Notes under the pieces: generated by a model | The model's input: the letters and a program-made list of their open reading frames with translations, nothing else | The model's database searches: none | Told to the model about the DNA's origin: nothing | In this document: in pieces, positions 11,738-21,026 of the stretch | Position numbering within the stretch: position 1 is the stretch's first letter | Layout: every line of letters begins with the position of its first letter | Assembly (NCBI GenBank): GCA_030390025.1 | Contig: CM059432.1 | Span: 113,586,001 to 113,650,000 of the forward strand | Direction of reading: 5' to 3' | Length of the DNA: 64,000 bases | Source: Squalus acanthias | Taxonomy: Eukaryota | Made by a program: the position numbers and the translations under genes

Positions 11738-14700
11738 TCGAGGGTAATAATCTCTGGATTACTACCTGAGCCACGAGCAAATTTGGCTAGGGTAAATAAA
11801 ATCAGGGAGTTGAATGCGTGGCTCAAAGACTGGTGTGGGAAAAATGGGTTTTGCTTCTTGGGACACTGGCACCAGTACTGGGGCAGGAGAGAGCTGTTCC
11901 GTTGGGACGGACTTCACTTGGCCAGTGCTGGGACTAGTGTCCTGGCGAATCGAATAACTAGGGCTGTGGAGAGGGCTTTAAACTAATTAGTGGGGGGGAG
12001 GTTTCAAGAGAGCAAAAAATAAAAATGACAACAGAGAGGGTCATAGACATAGGTAGCAGTAGGGGAATCACAAATCAGAGCGTGGCAGGAAGGGACAGAG
12101 TGTGTGGAGTAAAAGGTAAACTGGTAAAAAGTGAAAAAGCAGGAACTAAGTGCCACAAAGCATATTTGAAAGTTCTCTATCTGAATGCACGTAGCATTCG
12201 TAACAAAATAGACGAGTTAATGGCACAAATAACTACATATGGTTATGATATTGTGGCCATTACAGAAACATGGCTGCAGGGTGACAATGCCTGGGAATTA
12301 AACATACCAGGTTATTTAACGATCAGGAAGGACAGGCAGGAAGGAAGGGGAGGTGGGGTGGCTATGTTAATAAAGGAAGGAATCACTGTAATACAGAGTA
12401 ATGATATTGGGTCAAAAAATCATGATAATGAAACAGTTTGGGTGGAGATAAGGAATAATAAGGGGAAAAAAACATTAGTGGGCGTAGTCTATAGGCCTCC
12501 GAACAGTTGCAACTCTATTGGACGGAGTATCAATCAGGAAATAGTTGAGGCATGTAATAAGGGAACATCTATAATTATGGGGGATTTTAACTATCATATT
12601 AATTGGACAAATCAAATGGGGCAGGGCTGCCTTGAGGATGAGTTCATTGAGTGTATTAGGGATGGGTTTCTTGAGCAGTATGTAACTGAACCGACCAGGG
12701 GGCAAGCAACCTTAGATCTGGTCCTGTGTAACGAGACAGGATTAATTAAAAATGTCCTAGTAAAGGATCCCCTTGGAATGAGTGACCATAACATGGTTGA
12801 ATTCCATATTCAATTAGAGGGTGAGAAGGTTGGATCTCAAACAAGCGTGCTAAGCTTGAATAAAGGAGACTATGAAGGTATGCGAGCGGAATTGAGTAGA
12901 GTGGATTGGGAAAATAGATTAAAGGGTAAGACGACACATGATCAGTGGTGTACATTCAAGGAGTTATTTTACAACTTCCAAAAAAAATATATTCCACTGA
13001 AAAGAAAAGGGTGTAAAAGAAAGGACAGTCATCCGTGGCTAAGTAAAGAAATTAAGGATAGTATTCGACTAAAAACAAGGGCATATAAGGTAGCAAAATC
13101 TAGTGGGAGGACAGAGGATTGGGAAAACTTTAAAAGGCAGCAAAAAATAACAAAAAGATTGATTAAGAAAGGGAAGATAGATTATGAAAGTAAATTAGCA
13201 AAAAATATAAAAACAGATAGTAAGAGTTTTTATAGTTATATAAAAAGAAAAAGGGTGGCTAAAGTAAATGTTGGTCCCTTAGAGGATGAGACCGGGAAAT
13301 TAATGGTGGGAAATATGGAGATGGCAAAAACACTGAATGAATATTTTGTATCAGTCTTTACAGTAGAGGACACTAAGAATATCCCAACACTGGACAAACA
13401 GGGGGCTATAGGGGGAGAGGAGCTAAACACGATCAAAATCACTAAGGAAGTGGTACTCGGTAAAATAATGGGACTCAAGGCGGATAAATCACCTGGACCT
13501 GATGGCTTACATCCTAGAGTCTTGAAGGAAGTGGCGGTAGGGATTGTAGATGCATTGGTAATAATTTTTCAAAACTCCCTGGATTCCGCTAAGGTCCCGG
13601 CAGACTGGAAAACTGCTAATGTAACACCCTTATTTAAAAAGGGCAGTAGACAGAAGGCTGGTAACTATAGACCGGTTAGCCTAACATCTGTGGTAGGTAA
13701 AATTTTGGAGTCCATTATTAAGGAAACAGTAACAGGACATTTGGATAATCATAATTTAATAGGACAAAGTCAGCATGGTTTTACGAAGGGGAAGTCATGT
13801 TTGACAAATTTGCTGGAGTTCTTTGAGGAAGTAACATATAGAGTGGATAAAGGGGAACCAGTGGACGTAGTGTATTTAGACTTCCAAAAGGCATTTGACA
13901 AGGTGCCACACAAAAGATTATTGCTTAAGGTAAAAAATCACGGGATTGGGGGTAATATTCTGGCATGGATAGAGGATTGGCTATCTAACAGAAAGCAAAG
14001 AGTTGGGATAAATGGTTCATTCTCAGACTGGCAATCAGTAACTAGTGGTGTTCCACAGGGGTCAGTGCTGGGTCCCCAACTCTTCACAATCTATATTAAC
14101 GATTTGGAGGAAGGGACCAAGTGTAACATATCAAAATTTGCAGATGATACAAAGATGGGAGGGAAAGTAGTGAGTGAGGAGGACATAAAAAACCTGCAAG
14201 GGGACATAGACAGGCTAAGTAAGTGGGCAGAGATTTGGCAGATGGAATACAACACTGGAAAGTGTGAGGTGATGCACTTTGGCAGGAAAAATCCTAGAGC
14301 AATTTATTATCTTAATGGCAAGAAACTGGAGAGTACTGAAGTGCAAAGGGATCTGGGGGTCCTGGTGCACGAAATGCAAAAGGTTAGTATGCAGGTGCAG
14401 CAAGTGATTAAGAAGGCAAATGGAATGTTGGCTTTCATTGCTAGGGGGATAGAATATAAAAATAGGGAGGTATTGCTTCAGTTGTACAAGGTATTGGTGA
14501 GACCGCACCTGGAATACTGCATACAGTTTTGGTGTCCTTACTTAAGGAAAGACATCCTTGCTCTCGAGGCAGTGCAAAAAAGGTTCACTCGGTTAATCCC
14601 GGGGATGAGGGGGTGGTCATATGAGGAGAGGTTGGGTAGATTGGGACTCTACTCATTGGAGTTCAGAAGAATGAGAGGCGATCTTATTGAAACATATAAG

Positions 14701-15217
14701 ATTGTGAAGGGGTTGGATCGGGTGGATGCGGGGAGGATGTTCCCGATGACGGGTGAGACGAGAACTAGGGGACATAGTCTTAGAATAAGGGGCTGCTCTT
14801 TCAAAACTGAGATGAGGAGGAACTACTTCACTCAGAGGGTGGTAGGTCCATGGAATATGCTGCCACAAAAAGCTGTAGAAGCTACAACATTAATTAAATT
14901 TAAAACAGAAATAGACAGTTTCCTAGAAGTAAAGGGCATTAAGGGTTACGGGGAGCGGGCAGGAATTTGGACATGAGTCTAGGTTCGGATCGGTCATGGC
15001 CCTGTGGGTAGTGGAGCGGGCCCAGGGACTGTGTAGCCTGATTCTGCTCCTATTTCGTGTGTGCAATTCTGTTAGATGCAGGAGATGGTTCTGTGATAGA
15101 TAGTAGATTGGCGGTTAGGATCAGATCAGCCATGATCTTATTGAATGGCGGAGCAGGCTCGAGGGGCCGATTGGCCTACTCCTGCTCCTATTTCTTATGT
15201 TCTTATGTTCTTATGTT
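11738..15217 (+). mobile_element. CR1 LINE (5'-truncated in ORF1, intact ORF2) inserted between pol and env
   Basis: ORF1 esterase tail (VIISGLLP...DGLHL), full ORF2, 3' stem-loop tail and (ttcttatg)n. Candidate 4-bp TSD AATC (11734-11737 / 15218-15221). Confidence 0.93.
12025..14976 (+). CDS. CR1 ORF2: APE endonuclease + reverse transcriptase
   Basis: 983-aa open frame with [45 protein letters not shown] and FADD motifs. Confidence 0.95.
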   Translation: MTTERVIDIGSSRGITNQSVAGRDRVCGVKGKLVKSEKAGTKCHKAYLKVLYLNARSIRNKIDELMAQITTYGYDIVAITETWLQGDNAWELNIPGYLTIRKDRQEGRGGGVAMLIKEGITVIQSNDIGSKNHDNETVWVEIRNNKGKKTLVGVVYRPPNSCNSIGRSINQEIVEACNKGTSIIMGDFNYHINWTNQMGQGCLEDEFIECIRDGFLEQYVTEPTRGQATLDLVLCNETGLIKNVLVKDPLGMSDHNMVEFHIQLEGEKVGSQTSVLSLNKGDYEGMRAELSRVDWENRLKGKTTHDQWCTFKELFYNFQKKYIPLKRKGCKRKDSHPWLSKEIKDSIRLKTRAYKVAKSSGRTEDWENFKRQQKITKRLIKKGKIDYESKLAKNIKTDSKSFYSYIKRKRVAKVNVGPLEDETGKLMVGNMEMAKTLNEYFVSVFTVEDTKNIPTLDKQGAIGGEELNTIKITKEVVLGKIMGLKADKSPGPDGLHPRVLKEVAVGIVDALVIIFQNSLDSAKVPADWKTANVTPLFKKGSRQKAGNYRPVSLTSVVGKILESIIKETVTGHLDNHNLIGQSQHGFTKGKSCLTNLLEFFEEVTYRVDKGEPVDVVYLDFQKAFDKVPHKRLLLKVKNHGIGGNILAWIEDWLSNRKQRVGINGSFSDWQSVTSGVPQGSVLGPQLFTIYINDLEEGTKCNISKFADDTKMGGKVVSEEDIKNLQGDIDRLSKWAEIWQMEYNTGKCEVMHFGRKNPRAIYYLNGKKLESTEVQRDLGVLVHEMQKVSMQVQQVIKKANGMLAFIARGIEYKNREVLLQLYKVLVRPHLEYCIQFWCPYLRKDILALEAVQKRFTRLIPGMRGWSYEERLGRLGLYSLEFRRMRGDLIETYKIVKGLDRVDAGRMFPMTGETRTRGHSLRIRGCSFKTEMRRNYFTQRVVGPWNMLPQKAVEATTLIKFKTEIDSFLEVKGIKGYGERAGIWT

Positions 15218-15260
15218 AATCGATCACCTGTCAAGCCAGAGAACCTTCTCGGGACATGGC

Positions 15261-15284
15261 TGTCTGTTTTGTGTGTTTCTACAG
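15261..15284 (+). promoter_or_regulatory. putative env splice acceptor
   Basis: U-rich tract tgtctgttttgtgtgtttctaCAG ending 13 nt before the env ATG (15298). Confidence 0.65.
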
Positions 15285-15297
15285 AGAGGAAATCGGC

Positions 15298-17566
15298 ATG
15301 ACAAGGGTTCTGCTCCTGCTTGCCCTGGTAGGGGTGAGCATCGGTGACCGAGGTGACGTGGAGGACTCCCACATCTATGGGTGCTCGGGAGAGAGAGCAC
15401 CGGTCGTCACCGCAGGGGGTGGCGAGCGGGGAGTGGAGGAGCTCGCCATCTACTTCCACGAGGGAAGGTGGCCAGGGTGGCTGGGGTCCAACTCTACAAG
15501 ATACTCCAGCCAGACCAGGTTCACGTACGGGGAGGCCTCCCTCCCATGCCCCAGAGTAGAAGGTCGTTGCCACAAGGGTCAGTGTCACCGAGGGAAACGT
15601 GTGTGCCTTACCTGCAAGGGACGAATTCCACTGAACAGGTGGTGGTGGCTCAGGAAGCTAAGCAGGGACACAGCCAACTGGGAACGATTAGGGAACAACA
15701 CCTACCGGACAATCACAGGGACCCAAGGGGGAGTGAGTGTGTGTTGGGATAAGTGGTGGGAGTCGGAACAGGGAGTCTATGTTTGTATGTGGGGGTCAGA
15801 GAAAGCCTGCCCCATAGGCATATCCATCATCTTCTCCAGACAATGGCAAGATGCCGGGGAGGGGATGGGGTGGGATTCTAGCCTACATGCGCGCGCGCTC
15901 CCACACTCCCCGACCCCAGTCAACGCCACCGAACTAGTAGCCCGCCCCCGAAAGCCCCTGCCCACGACCACGACCTCACGGGCAGTAGGAGAGAGGTGTC
16001 CTACCACCAGCAAGGGACCAGAGAATGGGCTAGTACTAGTACCAACCGAAAAGGTACAATACCAGGGGGTACACTATGCAGTAGCTTCAGTTATATTAAA
16101 CCTTACCGAGGTACACTTACCGAACTGGTGTCCTAAGGAGACCGAACAGCTATACCAGACCCTGCTGAAAGAAATGTTTAGGAAATTCTACGAATTTGAC
16201 TTTGCCAACATAGACAAAGCAGAGCTGTACAAACTACATGCAGAGCACACTATGGGTGCAGGGAGACAAAGAAGGGGGACCTGGAATGATATTTTCACTA
16301 CCTACGATACAGGATCCTCTGTAATAAATAGCCTAGATGACATAGAGCTACAAACACAGATAAATGGTTTGAAAACCCAGTTAAGAAAGATCCTAACGGA
16401 CGGGAACACAGTGGTAGGCTCAGAGCTACACGAGGACCAAGCTATGACGGTCCATCTAAAAGAGATTATTGCTGAACTAGAGCGACATGCTGAAACAGTG
16501 AATGCACTTATACGGGAGGACAGGAATGCTTCGGATCAGGCTGCGCAGAATGAGGTGTGTGTGCTATATGGGGCATGGTTGCTGGGCGAGGGCCGCAGCA
16601 ACCTGGAGGATTTAAAACAAGGTTTAGTCCCCTCCTGGATTAGCAACAAACACCTCGCAGCCCTCCACCCATTCAGCAATTCACTGAGCCCATGTCAGCT
16701 CCGCCAAGCCTCTGACGCCTACCCAGTCCCAGTAGATTGTGGGCATTCCAATCACACTATCATGGGGATAGTAGTGAGGATTCAAGGGGGTGCACACGTC
16801 TGTTTCGCAGCGGTCCCACCTTATGTCATAAAGTGGGGAGCACGCTATGACAGGTACTGACCTCTCCAGGTGCCGGAGCCGGGGTTCACACATAATACTG
16901 TGTCCCCAGCACTTGAACGCCTACTCTAAACCACAGTGCAGGTTTAAAGCTGCTGGCGCACGACCTATCAACTGTACCATGGAGGTAATGGCACAAGGCC
17001 ATGTTCCCCCACAGGTAGCATTCATAGGGGGTGGGACATATTGAGTCACCACAAGTGCGCCCCACTACCAGCATGGACAGCATTTTTGGTGTCCGGTGAA
17101 TGACAGCAGTTTCTGCTTTAAACCCGAGGCAGAAGTTCAAGTGGCCCAGGAACGGATTGTCCCCATTCCTGAACCCTCAACTGTTCACCTCACTGTAAGG
17201 GAAAATGTTACCAACCTGCAAAACTATGTCACCTTCTTCGGCTATAAAATTCCCCCTCTGCCTGAACACCTTACAGTCTTACTTAAAGCTGTACAGGTAT
17301 CACAAAAGCATTTCTACACCCTAGAACAAAAGACACTCGAGATAGGGGCTGAGATTTCGGCCATCACGGTTCCACCCTGGTGGGACATTTTTGAGAATAT
17401 AGAGGTTCCTTCCTGGATTAGGATGGCCTCCCACATCTTAGTGGTTTGCCAGCTCGGGATAGTCTTGTACTTACTGTGTACAAAGTGCAAAGGGAAGGAC
17501 AGAATGCTCCATTCCCGGCATGAGAAAGCCTGGGAAAAACATTACAATAAAGTTTACCAAGTATAA
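15298..17566 (+). pseudogene. env: env: class I F-like fusion glycoprotein with N-terminal Ig-like domain
   Basis: Signal peptide MTRVLLLLALVGVSIG, furin site RQRR (16264-16275), heptad-like helix, Cys-rich region, TM ASHILVVCQLGIVLYLLC and a short tail. +1 frameshift near 16845 and an in-frame TGA at 17042-17044 (ORFs 16847 and 17096 share a frame). Confidence 0.85.
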
Positions 17567-17738
17567 AACAAGCCTGAATCAATTCTAAAAATAAAGAAGT
17601 TTTGTGATCGTGTGTTATTTTCTTTCTAGTTATGTATTTTGTTTTTCTTTCCAAGTGGTGCAGGGGTGTTGGACCCCCTCTGTGCTTGGATGTGTATGTA
17701 TTGTTGATTCTTACCTGTATGTATTGGAACACTACACC

Positions 17739-17749
17739 AAAGAGGGGAA
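17739..17749 (+). promoter_or_regulatory. polypurine tract
   Basis: AAAGAGGGGAA immediately before the LTR start TGTA. Confidence 0.8.
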
Positions 17750-19490
17750 TGTATGTTTTTGGGTTTTAGTTTAGGTAATACAGGGGAAGGTTGGTTTTCA
17801 AGGATCAGGAATTTTGTCCACCCAGGACGATACTATAGTGAGTAAAGTATCGCAGGAGGGACTGTAAGGTTTCCAAAATTTACAGATCCCCAAAACCTAA
17901 GGAAAAAGGGCTTTGGAACTACCTCAGAGTGATAAACATGCATTTGGGCCTAACATAAGGAATTTAAGACCAAAAACCAAGTTTTGGCATTTTAAAAACA
18001 TGTCTGGGCTTGTAAAGGGTCAAGGAGGTGGGCTCAACCTCTGTAAAGGCAGTTTTGGCTATTGCAGTTAATTACACTGTCTGGGGAACCGGGATGCCCC
18101 CACACAAGTCCCAGTGAACATTAACATTTGAACAATAGACCCAGGGAAAGAGCAGTCCCACCCAAAATACAGGCCCCATCAAAACCGATTACAGGGCCCA
18201 TCAGAATCATGCATAATAAAACCCACTCAGACCCATTCTATAGAAAGACCGAGTCCAGCCTAGAAAACCAAACACAAAATCAATCACCAGTGATCAACCA
18301 AGGAGATCGACAGGATGCAAGCCATCCCAAAAGCCATTTGACACTTACAGAGCACTTACTGGTAACAGGCCCGCCAAAATCAGACAATGGACTGAGCAGA
18401 TTTGGCGGGTAGATAAGGCCATGTTCAATGGGTGAGATTGAAGGCCTGTTACAAAACCAGTTAACACGCTAGTAATTCGTTACCGATTAACGAGCCCGCT
18501 AAAACCAGACAATGAACTGAGTAGATTTGGCGGGTAGATAAGGCCACTTCAATTCAGTATAATTGAAGGCCCGTTAAGCAGTTCAAAGCAGCAGAAGAAG
18601 GAACAAGGAAGAAGACAAGCCGAGCTGGAAGTGAGTCGGCATCGCTCACCACTCAGACACACCTGAGTCCAGCTCGTGAAGATACCACCTCGACGGACCT
18701 CCAACAATGGTCCCAACACAGTCACCTGGAGCAACAAGCAGCAACAAGTCACCGACGGCTCCACGAGGTCGACCGACACACTAGACAAGGCTTAAAACCA
18801 TCGTGGAAACCAAAGGCCTCAAGAAACCAACAACTGCATATTGCCCCCAACTGACCGGGTAATAGCAGGTCACCGCGACCAACAAAGACCAACTCAAGGG
18901 AAGAAAACCCGAAGAACCGCAAAGTTTCCACTCTACAATCTACTCCTGACTTACCCCTGGGTAAGATTTTCCCAAAGACTCTAAACCCTATCGCTAACCA
19001 AAAGAAATTGGTTACTCACCAGATAAATCCAAAACGACATCCTACCGCATCAGCGGACTCGCGAAGACTGACCAGATACGCAGGTGAAGTCCTCTACCGC
19101 GTACGGGGTATGGCAGACAATAACCGCCATAAACAGCGAACCCCAAAACCGTGATTTAGCCCAACTGTCAAAGGATTGGTGAGCATTATCCCTGGTCCTT
19201 CAAAGCCTAACTTAGCTAGTAAAGTGGGGTTGGGAGGGGTGAAGTATTGTTCTACTGTCATTTCCCTCGCTTGTACCGAAGTGTTCCCCACCTTTAGAGT
19301 GTTAAGAGTGTTATTATTTGTGTTTTACCTTTTCAATAAAGATTGAAGTTCTTTTCACCAAACTCAGTTGTCTGCTGCACCTTTTATCACAACCCCCAAA
19401 TAAGTCCAAGGTCTAGAACCAAGGGAGTGGGAGCGATTCGAACCGCTCAGAAGTCAGAGGTGAATCTGACACAAACCACCACCCCCTACA
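17750..19490 (+). repeat. 3' LTR (1741 bp)
   Basis: Starts TGTA after the PPT and ends TACA exactly where minus-strand CR1 sequence resumes (19491). AATAAA at 19335-19340. No 5' LTR in the window to confirm by pairing. Confidence 0.78.
19335..19340 (+). terminator. LTR polyadenylation signal
   Basis: AATAAA ~150 nt before the LTR end, preceded by a U-rich tract. Confidence 0.6.
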
Positions 19491-19705
19491 TGTTTTTATC
19501 CCATCCTTTATTATCAGGGCTACCCTTCCTCCTTTTCCATTTTGCCTATCTCTTATAAAAGTTAAGTATCCTGGAATATTTAGTTCCCAATCTTGGTCAC
19601 TTTGTAACCACGTCTCTGTAATGGCTATTAGAACAAACCTATTAAATTCTATCTCCACTATTAATTCATCTATTTTGTTGCGAATGCTTCACGCATTCAG
19701 ATATA

Positions 19706-20603
19706 GGGGGAAAAATTGGGTATCGCCCATTTTGGGGCATTAATATTGGCCGGACGCAAAGTTTAGCGCCTAGCGCTAATTATCGCCTCAGACTGCAAAA
19801 TTCGCCTCTATCGCCCGTGGAGGTGATTTGAGTGCTAAATCAAGCGCTACACACCTCTCAAGGCGCTAACGTCGGGGAGCGAGGCGTTACCTCAGAACGC
19901 TACCGAAGCTCAGGCGATGTCCGTTACCATGGAAGCCAGACAGACTGGCGCCATCCAGTTCTTAAAGGGGAGGGGCCATCTTGCTGGCCAGCCACACCCT
20001 GCTCATTGCAGCCTTGAATCTCGGCCTGGAGAGACCTCAAAAGCAACTGTGTTGGAAGCACTAATGGATAGGCCCAGGGAAAGAGCTCGGCGCTTTGGAA
20101 CCTTAAAAGTGGTGCTGAGGACCAAAACTCCTTAGGACAGCGTTAAATCTCTCCAGACATCTCTCCCTCTCAACCTGCGTGTACCAAAAATTTTGCCAAC
20201 AAGAAAAGGCAGGATGCGCCTGCCTTTAAATAGCGCTCCTCCAGCCCCCTCCCGACTTGAAAATGTTCCCCTCTACCTGTCGTTTCTAGTGGCAGGGGCT
20301 AAGGCAGGGGGCATTAATATTGGCCCGGCGCAAAGTTTAGCGCCCGGCGCTAATTATTGCCTCAGACTCTGGTCGCGACTCAAATTCTGGTTCAAGGTGC
20401 GACCGGAGCATTGCACGCTCGACTGATGTCACGATCTGCGGGCGCAGGAGATCGTGGCAGTAATGTTTAGCGCTGCCGCAAAATGACTGGTCAATTTCAC
20501 GAGCAGCGCTAAAATCGCCGTGCTCGGGCGCTATATTCCTAGCACCCCGTTAGCGCCCCCCGGAGGAGCTAACGGGAGGCGCTAACCAACCGAATTTTCC
20601 CCA
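19706..20603. mobile_element. MITE with TA target-site duplication
   Basis: Splits CR1 sequence cagataTA|TAgtgct. Imperfect TIRs GGGGGAAAAATTGG / CCGAATTTTCCCCA. Confidence 0.85.
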
Positions 20604-21026
20604 TAGTGCTTTTAGCTTTGACTTTATTCTATTTTTCCCTGATGTCACCTTAGTCACTGATGCACTATTACCTTTGTTACTCTCTCTGTCCCTTCCTGAT
20701 TCACTCTGCTTATTTTTACCCAAGATTCTGCTTTGCTCTAGAGGTTTGACATTTCTCTTGTGGCTTTTAAATTTACTCTTTCCTGAATCCTCCCAACCCC
20801 GCTTCATTAGTTTAAAGCCCTGTCTACTGCCCTAGTTATTCAGTTCGCCAGGACACTGGTTCCAGCCTGGTTCATGTGGAGCCAGTCCCAACGAAACAGC
20901 TCCCTTTTTCCCCAGTACTGGTGCCAGTGCCCCATGAAGCAAAACCCCTGCCTCCCAAACCACCTTTGAGCCATGCATTTAACCTTCTAATCTGCTTATC
21001 CCTATGTCAATTGGCGCGTGGCTCAG

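Larger units (their letters stand above)
6264..19490 (+). mobile_element. endogenous retrovirus-like provirus (gag-pol-env-3'LTR), lokiretrovirus-like, 5'-truncated, interrupted by a CR1
   Basis: Ordered gag (CCHx knuckle), PR (LLDTGAS), RT (LPQG, YVDD), two RNase H folds, IN (HHCC, DDE, GPY), env (signal peptide, RQRR, TM), PPT and a TGTA...TACA LTR. Confidence 0.9.

Noticed and set aside
15256..15297. Env start at the ORF-track ATG 15256
   Set aside because: It lies upstream of the splice acceptor. The signal peptide begins at ATG 15298.
18128..18412. Accessory gene in the LTR U3 (foamy-virus style)
   Set aside because: Short, non-ATG start and no recognisable motifs; unsupported without other copies.
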